A DNA stretch of 64,000 nucleotides from Chlorokybus atmophyticus (taxonomy: Eukaryota > Plantae > Mesostigma and Chlorokybus algae): contig RHPI01003488.1 of the NCBI GenBank assembly GCA_009103225.1, positions 435,803 to 499,802 of the forward strand, in the 5' to 3' direction. Shown here one piece after another: positions 35,989 to 48,888 of the stretch. The notes under the pieces are model-generated. The model was not told where the DNA came from and did no database searches. It saw nothing but the letters and a program-made list of their open reading frames with translations. Position 1 is the first letter of the stretch. Each line of letters starts with the position of its first letter. Made by a program: the position numbers and the translations under genes.

Positions 35989-36599
35989 ATAACTATTTGT
36001 TCACTAATTATACCATCAATGATGATAAGGAAATGAAACAATTAGATACATTGATGACATATGTAATGCATGCTTCCAATCGTTTGCCATAATCCGTCTA
36101 TATCGTCATGTGAACTCGTGTTATCAAAAGCATATGTAGTACCATCTACAGCGACTGTATTACCTGGTTGTTACATAAACGCATTGTATATATTGTTTAA
36201 TGCATGAATTTATCAAATATGCACAATTGTATAATGACGCGTAATTGATACGTACTTATATTTATGTTACCATTAAAGTTTGCATTGTACTAAAATATAA
36301 AGGTACCCGTATTGCAAGGACTTGTAGTTCCCAACAGGAACTACAGTATCCATTGCATCTATGGTGATTTGTTGAAAGAGAGTCATTTTGAGAGACACAG
36401 ACTCTGGTGCAGATGTCATGCGTGTGATTGGTGCAAAAAACGTACATGCTTGTTTCTCGCTTCCCGCGATATAACGCGAGAGTCTTCGTGGACGGCCGAC
36501 GTCAGTAGTAACCACCGCCTCAGTGCCAGCGTCCTCCTCGTCCTCGGGGTCTTTGCCGTCGTTATCGTTGCCGATTCCCTCCACAGCACGCGCACAGCC

Positions 36600-37953
36600 A
36601 TGGCGTCCACGACGGTAGGAGCGGCGGCTCTTGGATGGGTCAGCGCAGTGCGGGGAGGAGCGGCGCTGAAGCTCAAGTCTGCTGCTAAGGCCTCGCCCCT
36701 GCGGTCGGCTGGAAGGCGGCCGGTGCAGCCGGTCAGGGCCATCTTTGGCGGCAACAAGGACGATGGGGAGAAGAAGGGCGGAGGCTTGTTCGGCAACATG
36801 GGCAACCTCATGGAGTCGGGTGGGTCGGCGTGGCTTCTGTGTGCCGGTCACTTGCATGCAGCTCCCCACTTGCCGGCTAGGGTTTGTTCTCAGCAGCAGC
36901 GCTGGAGCTGTTCCGCGCACGTGTCGTGAGTGCGTCCTTGCACCAGCCGCTTTGTGTGTTGTCGCTTATTCAGTCGCAAACATGCCGGCAGTTTTCACAT
37001 GCGCAGACATGCATGTGAGCAGCATAAGGGTCAGTGTTCGTCTTCGTTTGCAACCGTATTCTAGTAATCATTCGCCAAGCCTCTCATGCCTGTGTTGCTT
37101 ACTACTACGAGTCTGCGTGTGACGAATTGGCCAACCGCAAACATGCCTTGGCATTCTGGTCGCCTGACTGATTTTGCTTCCTGCGAGGCTAGTTTAGACT
37201 CTGCCCAGCCTGCATGCTGAAGTAGCATTGTATACATGCCTGTATGCCTGTGAGGAAACTATTGTGCAGATTCCTGTCTACGTTGGACTAGTACGGCCGC
37301 AATTGCACTGGTCTATAGCAAGTACACCAGTATTAGTCTGCAAACACGCTGTTGCCGTAGACATGTTGACCAATTCGCCCTGTTGCTGTGCATGGACAGT
37401 CAAGAAGGCCCAGCAAGTCGTCCAGGTCGAGGCAGTCAAGGTTCAGAAGGAGCTGGCTGCCACCAACTTTGAGGGTTTCAGTGACAATGAGCTTGTCAAG
37501 GTGTGTGCATTGACACGTTTATGACTGCACCTGCGGGCAGTCTGTGTGCTCTTTTGGCGTCATGTATTGCGTGCTCAATAAGCAGTGTTGTCAAGGCAGT
37601 GGATGCTGACTATGTATAATTGGCAGGTTGTGCTGTCCGGCAACCAAGAGCCCAGGGGTGCGGAAGTCACTGAGGCTGCCATGGAATTGGGCGCAGAGGC
37701 CATGTCTAAAATGATCAACGAGGCATACACGGACGCCCATCAAAAATCAGTGCAGGTATAAATGTGTGCGGCATGTCATGCAGGCACATATGCCGTGTTG
37801 ATGCAAGCCTACAGTGTGTCATAGGCTGCAGGGTATCATGTAGCGACTGTATTGTTGCACTGACTGAACGTTTTTGCCGTGCAGGCAATGGCAGAGCGGA
37901 TGAAGGCATTGGCGACACAACTTGGCATTCCCAAGGGCATGGCCGGCATGTAA
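36600..37953 (+). CDS. Plastid-targeted YbaB/EbfC family protein (STIC2-like); exons 36600-36819, 37400-37500, 37627-37755, 37885-37953
   Basis: An Ala/Arg/Ser-rich transit-like N-terminus is followed by GLFGNMGNLMESVKKAQQVVQVEAVKVQKELAA...VKVVLSGNQEP...EAYTDAHQKSVQAM. The exons join in frame (519 nt). Confidence 0.9.
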
Positions 37954-40890
37954 TTGCAGCCATATCTGCCAGTTTTTGACTATTCGTGCGTCGGGAGAGC
38001 AATGCCTTCGCTTCCTCAAAGGCATGCTGCGAATCAGCATGTAATTGCAAGCCTGCATGTGAGACAGCACAGGCGGCCTTCTGGCATACAATGCTGCAGC
38101 AGTTGTCACAGACTTTTTGTTTGAGTGATGGGCCACCCGTTTGTTGATCGATATTAGTGTCAGCAGTTGTTTGCACACCTTCACCTGTGCTTGGTTCGCC
38201 TGTGCACACATGTAAACGAAGTGTTTGACCAGTTTGCGGTTGCTGCTGGCTGGTTGTGGGGTTTCCTGAAAGAAGCCAGCAGTGGCAGCTCTATAGCAAG
38301 CATTGGGCAGTGGTGTCCAACAATACTTGTCATTTTGTGCGTGCAGACTGGCTGGGGTTGGGTTTAGTGCAGGTTGTTGTCGTTTGTACAGTGTTGAGCG
38401 ACTTGACAAGCTTTGTGCAGCTGCGCGCGCGCGCGCGACTCAGCTCAAGTAGCCTGTTACATAAGTATGGAGTATGTTTTGTTGAAGCAGATGCATGACC
38501 ACTGTACGCGCCTGAGGCTCGAAAAGGTTGAACATAGCAAGCAAGCATAGCAATGCAGCACACAGTGGCGAGCATAGTACATAGCTGCACATAGGGTATA
38601 GCAATGAAAGGATAAACCAACAATAGCAGCAGCATTTGAAAAGGAAACAAGCTGCACATAGCATATACAAATCTGTTGTGCACACGGCCATGGGGTGAGG
38701 TTTGTGTTTGCAAATGCAGTACCCACAATAGGTTGGCAAGAACGGTAATTAGAGTAGCGCATGGCAAGTACCTATGTTCACGCACTGCTGAACGCTGCCA
38801 GGGTTATGGTTGTCGCTGTCCGACAAGCCTTCAAACGTCAGGCCCTTCACAGCATACGCCTGTTGCTAAAGGAGATTGGATTCCCCACTTGCACCATCCC
38901 TTGCTTGAATTGGGATTTTACCTCGACAAAAATCGGCCGTTGCTGTTCGAACTGCAAATCTGAAATGAGTCGTCAAAGCACAATTGCTTTCATGTTGTCT
39001 CTCAGCAAGCGCGATACGAAGACATGCAAATCCACATATACTCGCAAGTGAACATGTTACAGACTGCCATCTCTTCTTTGCAATTGAAAGCAGCTCTAAG
39101 GGTATGTGCTATGCTGTGGTGGAATAATAATTGTCTATTGCCATATTCAAACGGATGCCGCTGCAACGAGTAGGCCGGTAGTGCCTAATGAACCGAAGAA
39201 ATGTCCCGTTTTTTAAAAAGTTTGTTCTGGAGAAACCCTATACAACCACTTGTTTGCGATCGCTTTGCTCATGGGCGGGGACACAGAATAGTTGTTAAAA
39301 GCATGCAATGCGCATAAGAGCACATATTGTGCGTAACATGCGGCTATCTTTATGTGATACGAACGTGAATTTAACATATCTCAATTGTTATCATCTTTAA
39401 TCAACACATACTTATTTACTTGGTGGAATTAGCGGTACATAATCACCATTAAGCTGAAATCAATACGTTATAGGCTGCAAAACCTCACAATTCAAGCTAC
39501 TGTCGAATGTAGGATGGGTTGTTTGTAACCACATTGCGATATGTTGTTAAGATCATGAATAATTATCAAAGATCATGTAAAGTGAAAACGGAATAATCTA
39601 TAAACAGTCAAGCTCATAAGCTGCGTTAACCAAACGCTACAATTGCATGCAAGCTTGCGATGCAGCGCAAGACATATGTATTGTACTATTGTGTGAACTT
39701 CCTCACTTACATTAATAAATGAGTGCAATACACTTTAGCACATCATGCGATATTTTAATGCCATACAGGAAATTAATGTGCATGCTTGAATGTACGCACA
39801 CCTATGCTTGTGATAATAGTGCATTGACGTGTGTTGTGCAGCTTTTATGTTCGATTTATTAATGTTGAAACATTGCCAATTCTTGTAGCATAAAAGATAA
39901 ATGGTGCATGCTATTATCTGCGCTTGTTGCATGCAATGGTATACGACAATAATCGTAGCTATCAGCATTAACATCGTCATGAACTTATATTAAGTACTTA
40001 ATTATAAAGCGACGAAGTAGGCTAAATCAATAATTTTTATGTCATAATGCTGCGTATACAACATATTGGATGCAGTACATAAGCTCAGCGGAAGCACCTA
40101 TAGCACATACAATTTTCAGTTATATTGTTATTCTAATTCAACGTTTTCACGAAGCCATCGTTGCACCCATTACGGCATGATTACTGAACGTTGTTTATGA
40201 GTATGCAAAGCATATCGTAACGCATGTCACTGTAGTAGTACTTCTCAAAGGGACCATGACAAAGTTCACGCCAAGCATTTAAATATAGTTTGATCCACCG
40301 AATTTTGCCACCGAACTTGGTGGTTACGGTGCATGCGATGACCAAGTCACGTGATATAGCAGTCATCCGACGGCTAGGGGCAAGTCAACCGATGTCGCGA
40401 AGCCACCACATCACGTGCGCCAGAGCGAACCGGTCGCAAACAGGTCTGCCGACCGCATCAAGCCGGCTGCTTCGCTTCAGCGAAACCGGCCGGATTGACC
40501 GGCGGCGGCGATGTTTGTGTGCTGGCTCCACGGGCAAGCGTTACGTCACGGCTCCAGAAGTCATCACTCCACGTGGCGGGTCCCCACTGGTGTGCACGGC
40601 AGCCAGTCACCCCGTCATGATGCCAGCCCGTACATAGAAACGCTGACCGACCGCACGTGTGTACCAATTAGTACTACCCTCCCGTGTAGGAGTTGCCTGT
40701 GAAGGTGCATTCCCTGCCCTGCGTGTGCGGGTGTATAGCCGCTGTGTGCGAGACTGTGTAAGCAACAGTGTGCAGCACCGAGTGGAGAGAGAGAGAGTGT
40801 CTGCACTAGCAGGAGGAGGAGGAGGAGGAGGAGGAGGAGCTTGCAGGGAGGCAGAGAGGGAGGGAGCGGGGTGACTGAGGTGCTGCAGCC

Positions 40891-42981
40891 ATGGGTAGGA
40901 TGAGGGCGGCCCTTGCGCTCTTGGCCTTGGTGTTGGTGAGCGTGGCGGCAGCTCAGCCTGCCCCTGCACCCGATGGTGAGAATACAGTATGTGACTCTCT
41001 CACAATACCTCTGTGTGCAACATGTGTGCAGGCGTGTATGCGTGTATAAGATGTTTTTGAACCTTGAGCAACCATCAGGTGTCTCATCTCAAGCTGTGCA
41101 TCCCAACACGCCGCAGTGAGCTTACTTTCAATATGATCTGTGTGCAGCCGGCAGCAACAACAGCACCGACTGCAGCATCCACACCAACTGTTTCGATGAG
41201 GCGATGCCCAACTTTGAGACGGGCGTTGGCTTCCAGTACTACGACGAGCAGTGCACGCGCCTGGGCGGGACGCACTGCGTGGACGCCACATTCTCCGGCT
41301 GCCGCAGCTGCGCCACTTTCCGCGACGAGAGCGATCCCAACATGGACCTCACCCTGCCACTCTGCCCCGTCTGCGTGTGCCGCAACTATGGCGCCGAGGT
41401 GTGCATGGACCCAAACGCTCCCACGCCTGCACCGAGCGAGGGAGGTGTCCCCGTCGAGAACGGGCCCGGCAACGGCAACAACAACGACGGCACCAACGGC
41501 GGCAACTACAACAACACGTGGGCGGCCCCCGTCGGCGCGCACGACAAGTGCTTTGCACAGATGAGCCCCAACGTGGCCCTGCGCGTGAGCTACCAGTACT
41601 ATGATGAGGACTGCCTAGACGGCGGGCTGCTCTGCATTGCCACGACAGGCTGCAAGCTCTGCAAGCTCGCCACGCCACCGGCAGCAGCCCAAACCATCAA
41701 GATGTTGGGTGGTCGTCGCCTCCTGCGCGCGCTCCTGGCCGTGGACAACTCCACCGACACCAACACCGACGCGCCTCAGCAGCCCATTTGCCCTGGCGTC
41801 GTCTGCGCCGCCAACAACCTGCCAGCCTCCTCTTGCCTCAGCTTCCCCACAGGAAATGTACGCTCATTGCTGTTGTTGTTGTTGTTGTCGTCGTCATCGT
41901 TGTGCGGCTGTGTAAACAACTGCGTGTAAGCTGATGCGTGTTGTGCACCTGACAATGCAGGCCCCACCGCCCCCAACTGCGATGGCGCCTGGCCCATCTA
42001 CAGGCGCGGGTATTGTTGTGTACGGTGACGTGAATGTAACCGCCCCGGCAGGAACACTGCTGCCCTTCTCGCTTGCTCGTCAGCGCGCATTTGCATCGGG
42101 CGTGGCGGAGGCATTCAACCTCACCTACGTCACCCCAGACAACGTGACCATTGCCAACTTCACCACGCTGCAGACTGGCAGCAATGGCCGACGCCTGGTA
42201 AGAGAGCGCTACAACGCCATCAGTCAGCATTTCACACATGTTCGCAACACGTGCTTACTTGCGTGCATGCGTGTTATAGTTGGCGCTCAACCCAACACTG
42301 GATGCTATCCGCGTGGTGTTTGGCGTGAGGGTGAGCTCCAACGCCAACGCCAACACCGTTGCCTCAGTGCTGCAGCAGCTGCGCAGCTCCGGTGCCTTCC
42401 TCACGGCTCTCCGCAACGCAGGCATGCCAAAGCCTGTTGCGCATCAACCCTAAGCCTCGCGTACATGTGTCTCATTGCCTTCCTGTGTGTGCAGGTCTGA
42501 ACGTGTCTGAGGTTCAGATTACCACAACTGTTCCCACCGCATCACCTCCACCCGCCAAGTCTCCTGCATCCTCTCCTGTGACTGCTCCTGCACCAGGTAG
42601 GTTTGACAGCGCAATATGTGGCACTTTTGACTGTGTTATTGTTGGGGACACAGCGTGACAAGCGGTGTATATGCAGTTCCAAGCACCTCCAGCACTGAAG
42701 TAAAGAAGCCCAAGTACACCAAGGGTCAGAAGGCCGCTATCATCGCGGGTACCATTGGCGGCTTCTTCTTGCTGGTGGCTGTGATCGCCCTCATCTGCTG
42801 CGTGCGCAAGCGCAAGAACGCCAACAAGAACAACAACACCATCAACGGCGCTGCTGCACGCCCGGCCAAGCCCGCTGGCTCCGGAGCCGAGCATGAGGCA
42901 TTTGTTGCCGATGATGAGCACGTGAAGCCTACGGATGTAGCCGTACGCGTGCCCTCTGAGACCCACCGACTCACGCAATAG
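40891..42981 (+). CDS. Secreted-pathway type I membrane protein with two Cys-rich repeats, a SEA-like region, a Pro/Ser/Thr stalk and a TM helix
   Basis: Signal peptide MGRMRAALALLALVLVSVAAA. Exons are 40891-40975, 41148-41857, 41961-42197, ~42281-42421, 42495-42597 and ~42677-42981. The TM helix AAIIAGTIGGFFLLVAVIALICC is followed by basic VRKRK. Confidence 0.8.
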
Positions 42982-43262
42982 CCCCTGGAGTTAGAGACTT
43001 GTAACACTACATTATGATTGCCACTGACTAGATGATGACGTGTCATGAACAGACATTAATAGTTCTGGGTCGCCTTAAGAAGGCATTCGAGTGAAGGGAG
43101 ACATTTTGCTTGTGCCTACAAGGCAGACAAGGAGTAGTGTAGCGTAAGGTTGGCCAACCCGGCTGTTGGCTATAATAAGTTTGTCATCAAGCATCACACC
43201 TTTGTCTCTAAGCATGCACAACTACAGCACACTCACAAATATACACACCCTTGCTGCTCAAG

Positions 43263-46200
43263 CTACTGGTACACTCTGTCTGGCCACTTGGGAAACACCC
43301 TCTTGTAAAGGCTAACGCAGATGGCATCACGCTGCTGCACGGCCCCGTCAAACACGCACTTCATGTTGCCGTGCGTGCCAAGTGGCTCCTTTATGCGGCC
43401 TCTCCGCCCGTACTTGCTCCACAGCTCAAGGGGCCGGAACCAACGCACGTCCACGGGGTTGTGAAACATGAACCGCACCGTGGCCTTGTTCTTGTGGACC
43501 TTGAGCGGGTAACCCGAGAGAACAATCTTCTTGAGCACGATACGATCTGCATCCGCCTCACGCAACGAACCCGTGGCCACGAGGCGACCGTCGCTCTCAT
43601 CAAACATGAGGACCGGTGCCGGCGCGAAGGTCACGGGGCCGATGATGGTGGCCATGTTAAAGCTTCCGGGCCGCAGGAAGCGTTCATACTTGTGCTTGTC
43701 GGCGTTCTGGCCGTCGTCAGAGAAGAGCGGGCGGCAGCCGTGCAGAAGGCGGAACCCGCACGCGATGGCCAGGGGTTGTTTTGAGGGCAGAGGGTCCGTG
43801 TACGACTCGCACTTGCGCACGCTCATGTTGAGCGCGGTGAGCTTCGCCTCGTGAGCCAGCAGTCCCCATGCAGTGAGAGGGTAGCGTGTCTGTGCCTGGA
43901 GCAGAGCCTCGCACGCCGCAGCTGGCACGTTGGCTATGTGCAGCGTGACGTAGGTGCCCACGGGGATGCCATCGCCCTTGTCTCGCTCTTCTGCCGCGGC
44001 GAGGGCTCGCTTGCGCGTGCGTTTGATGTTGTCAAAGGCGAAGATGCGAGCGTAGTGTGGGGGCAGGGCTTCACGCGGGTCCCATGGTGAAGTGCGAAAG
44101 GACTTGAGGCCGCGGTACTTGGCAAACCGCACACGTGCCGGCGTATCCATTGGCGTGTCCACCTCATCTGGGAACTGCTCGTCATCATGGTAGAGAGCCG
44201 ACAACCTCTTTCGCTCCTCCTCACGCTTCGCCATGTCCTCCTCCTCATCTTCTTCCTCTTGCATCTGTTCACCAGCCTCGTCCTCTTCGTCCCCCATCTC
44301 CTCCTCCTCGTCATCCTCCTTCCCACTGCCTCCGGCCTTCTCCTCAGCTTCGCCATCTACAACGATGCCATTGTCCTGCTCCACGTCACCACTAACAACC
44401 TCCTCATCCTCCTCTTCCTCACTGTCCACAATCCAAGCAGCCTGATAGTCCGACGTGCCCTTAGGCACCCTGCGTCGCCGCTTCTTCTTTGCTGTCTTCG
44501 GCCCGCATGCATGCAACTCCTCCTCCGTTGGCCACGTCTGCGACGCACGCAGAGTCAATTCACACCTGGTACCACCACCACTTCGCCAATGCATATACTA
44601 GCACTGCATAAGTGATAGCCTTTACCAACCTGTTCGCCAGCCAGTGTGTCCGGCTCATGTTCCACAACCAGCGGCTCTCTGGTCTCTTCATTCGCCACTT
44701 GCAGCACCTGTTATGGGGTAAAGGCTCATGCATCAGCATTGTGACAACGACCACAACCATGACAACGCAACAACATTGACAGCAACACTGCACCTGAGAG
44801 CTGCCATCCAACTGCATGGCATCTGATCTCCCTCCTCCTGAGCGCAGCATAATGGGCTCCTGACAGCTGTCAATGCGTGTCATCTGGAAGTCGCCCACAC
44901 CAGTGACGTGAACGAGCTGGTCGGCCGATAGCGCCCTCCCGCGCACGTAGCCGGTCACCTTCACCGTGACGTTGCCGCTGTCATCGGCGTCAACACGCTC
45001 CACCTTGTCTGCCACGACATACGCGCGAAGCTCGCGCCACGACGGACTCACTGCCTTCTGCTCCGCCAAGAAGCGCAGCATCTGATGGGAATCTTGCAAC
45101 GTGTCGCATGGGACAACGCGATGCTCGCCCGGGAACTGCGATGCAACAGCTTGCGCGGCCGCCTTCTTGGCGCCCGCCTTGTCCTTCATACCAAGACCCT
45201 CCACGCCCTGCAACGCGCACATGATGGCGGGGACGCCATGAGCGCGCAGGAGGGACGCAGCCCGCTTGCCGGCATCATCAACCTCGACCACGTTGTCGCG
45301 CCCATTGCTTCCCACACATAGCAGAAGCACGTCCGCAATACGAGCCAATGCCAGCAGACTCATGGCGTCGTCCCTAACTGCATCCACCAGCTGCCCACAA
45401 TGCGAGAAGATCAGAACTTGTGTGTATTGTATGAGTGTGCTGAACTCGATCGCAGGTAAATGAGGCTGAGCGTAATGCACGCACTTCACGTCACGTACTG
45501 TAAACCGAAGTTTGTGAGCAGTTGAAGCGGCTGTGGTGGTGCCGCCAGTGCCGTGGGTGACAACATCATCGGTATCACCCTTGGTGTCATCATGAGCGCC
45601 GCGCAGCAGTACATCTTTCAATGCTTCCAGCTCAACATTGTCAGTCAGCGGCAACAAACCCTGCCAGGACGCATGAGCATAACGAAGTTCTACATGCAAT
45701 GTTACACACACCGCATGCCAGAGAGACATATACACTCACTACAATCTTTGGAGGCAGCCCGCCGTACAATGAGGACGCGCTGCGCTTCTCCGCAATGACA
45801 GCTGCCCGCTTGTTATCGCGCACCTGACCGAAGATGGAAGTGAAATACTGCTGTTGTACGTGTACACGATGCTGCTGGTAGCGGGTAGCAAGCGTACCTG
45901 CTTTGCGCGGAGCAGGCGGTCTGCGCGGGCAACAGTTGCGCGGCCTGGAGCAGTTGGTTTCGCAGCAGCGGGCACGCCATCGGCAACAAACTCTGCACGC
46001 AATCGAGCCACCAGGCTGCTGTCAGTGCGTGCTGTAGCAGCGTGGCTAAAATGAAGCCAACATGTACAACAAGAAAAGGCGTATCAGATACGTATGAGTG
46101 CAGGAGTTTTGACGACTCTCTGTTCTTGTGTTGAAACAATTGCGCGTGACGTGCAAGTGTACAACCATGTGTAGGACAACGCTTGCACTGGAAAGAAAGC

Positions 46201-46606
46201 ACTTAAGAGTCTGCAGGCAGTGCACAAGAAGTCTGGTTCAAAAGGTACCAGAATTAATCGCTCACTCGTGTTTAGCATGCTCTCAAACCTGCCGAATGCT
46301 GAATCCTGCGACCTACCTCGTAACACACAGACCAACTCAAAGTGGCGATTACTCTGCAAACGACCCTTCTGCTCTACGTGTTCCAGCTTTGCTTCCATAC
46401 AACACCAAAGGCAGGCATGCAGCACGTTGAATCTGCAAGGCGCTGCCATAATAGCCCAGTGCGTGCTTGTCGCAGCCGCGGCGGCTGCAAGAGCAAAAGG
46501 GGAGCACCCTACCTTTGGCAACCTTGTGGCGGTGGCGCTGGCCTTTGGCGGCGTGCCTCCCCGCCTTGTGCGCCTTATTCTTTTGTCCCGTCTGCGTCCC
46601 CGTCAT
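43263..46606 (-). CDS. TSR1: Pre-rRNA-processing protein TSR1 homolog (multi-exon)
   Basis: N-terminal NKAHK, AARP2CN region (KVTGYVRGRALSADQLVHVTGVGDFQ), and a Bms1/Tsr1 C-terminal domain (RVRFAKYRGLKSFRTSPWDP, FMFHNPVDVRWFRP, GRRGRIKEPLGTHG, LYKRVFPKW). Confidence 0.93.
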
Positions 46607-46763
46607 CGCCGCCGCCTTCCCAAACACCACTACCGCCGCCGCCGCCGCCGCCGCCGCCAGACTCTATGCCTGCTCCGTTTCCGCTTGATATCATGCAGCC
46701 GTCGATTTCATCATGTTGCTGATATCTTTCCTCGCCGTCCACGTGGCGGTTGCTTGTGTGCCC

Positions 46764-47911
46764 ATGTCCGGCGGCGGCGGCGGCGGTAGAGGGGAGCGAA
46801 GTCGCGTGGTGACCTCGGCTGGTGCTGGAGGTGCGGCTGCTGCCGCTGGGAGTGGAACGATCGCCGCAGCAGCCGTGGCCACGACCAGCGCCACTGCGAC
46901 TACCACAATCGTTCAGGTAGTGCTGAACGCTGCAGGCTGTCCAAAGGCAGCCACTTAAATGCGCAGCGTTGTTTGTGTAATGGTGCTCCCATGGTTGTGC
47001 GACATAACAGTGTAGGATGTTATGCTCTTGACTTTGTTTCTGTCACACTTGGCTGTAAACTGCAACCATAACTTCCAACCAAAGTCAGTGAGCACAAGAA
47101 CTGCCACGCAAGGCAGTGTTTGGGTTCGCAGTCTTCTGTAAACGTCTGTTGTACGTCTCAGCGACGGGCTTCTTCGTACATCCCGTCTCTTCAAAATAGT
47201 TGGAAGCTTGCATGCAACTGCCATGGCACCATCCATGCTCAGCATGAACCCCAATGTACTATACTTCTCCTTTCTGTAGCTTGTAAGTCACAAATGGGCA
47301 GCACTGGCATGTATTCTGAGCTTTACTACCGTACGCTGAGGTCAACTCATGCGATGTGAGTCCCATGAGCCTCTTAGCGGACATCTTTGCGTGCATGTCG
47401 CTGTTGTTAAGGTGTCCCTACCAAGTGGGGAGAAAGGAGTAGCAACACTTGGATGGTTACCTTGATGGCGTGCCTGAGCGTGGTCCCTTGCCGTTATGTT
47501 GCTCTGATCAAGGCGCATTTGGTGCAGGGTGTGGAGTCGGGTGAGGCTGGCGGTCGTCCGCAGTCGCTGAGGCTTGCGCTTGCCCCGCGTCGCAAGAAGG
47601 CTGTGAAGTGGGCCGACGATACCGTTGACAACGAGGGCCTCAACCGCCGCTCATCCAAGAAGTGCTGCATCTACCACAAGCCACGCGCGTTCGGGGACAG
47701 CAGCAGCGAGAGCAGCGGTAACGAGGACGAGGACGGGAGTGACAAGCACAAGGAGGACGAAGACGAGGAGCACAACCATGCAGACGGGCATGGCGGACAT
47801 CCATGCAGCCACCATAAACAAGTAGCGCACGGGCTGCAGCATGCGGACGAGCGCGGGCAGAGCAGTAGCGGCAACGGTGAACATGTGCGCAGGACAGATC
47901 CCAATCGCTGA
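46764..47911 (+). CDS. INH3: Protein phosphatase 1 inhibitor-3 (PPP1R11/Ypi1/INH3 family); exons 46764-46916 and 47528-47911
   Basis: [30 protein letters not shown] contains an RVxF-type motif and the family CCIYHK motif, followed by an acidic tail. The exons join in frame. Confidence 0.92.
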
Positions 47912-48888
47912 TGTTGTTATGTCGTTGTGTAACCTGACCTGTGGCCAGTGTCTGCCAGGGTACTGCTAGTAACTTGTTGTGTAGAGAGTGTAGGGTTTTC
48001 TGTGCTTCGTGCTGGATGACAGTTTGAGAGGGATGGTGTGCATGCACATTTGCGCATGCCGCTGTTGGACAATGGATGGATGGCGCTTGTCAAGCGCAGG
48101 TTGTTTGCATTCAGCATCCCCCTCCAACTGCATGTCTGCAATGGGTGGGGCAACACACATGGCACAACACAGAGTGCCAGTCGCATGTGCTGTGTGGCGG
48201 CACATGGTACTTGCGCACTAGACACAGAGCTGGAATACTAGATTCGTTGACTGACTGACTGGCCGTCAGTGTGACGAGGATGATCCATTTTACCAGCATG
48301 CCATGTGAATTCCTGGTGACAGAAGAATCACACGACAACAGCGCACAGACTACGAAGTGAGGACCCGTTATGCACAAAATACACAATCGCAGTCTGCTTA
48401 GGGCTGTTCAAAGTGTTGCGGGACTGCACTGCCAGATGTGCCAGGATATAGCCATGCGCGACAGATATAGTTCTTGAAATGCTATCAGGCTGCACTGGTG
48501 GTGCTATGCTGTGGATCCTCCCTCCTTGCAATTGTTCCTAGTGAGCCTTTCATTTTTTGGTATGTGGCTGTGTCAATTGCAATATATCCTGATCCTACCG
48601 CCCGCCTGAATGCGCTGGCTTGCATGCTGTTGTATCAACACTAACGCTTTCTACACTGATGGCTGCATTTTGCAACGCAGAAATTTTGTTCTTTTTTTTT
48701 TGTTGACTGCATGGTTGGATTGTGGAAGGTCACGAGCGCAGATTACAAGCTCCCGACGTGAACTTGCAAACACAGACGGCTTTGAGAAACACAAGTTGTC
48801 CCGCAGCTACCTGACAATTGTTTCGCACCAATACGGCCACACTAGAAGCTGCTTGCAACTGCAAACTGCAATCACTGGAACTTCTCCT

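Noticed and set aside
39100-40290. AT-rich island (also 35990-36350)
   Set aside because: I found no termini, ORF or repeat structure. It is treated as intergenic DNA or unrecognisable TE debris.
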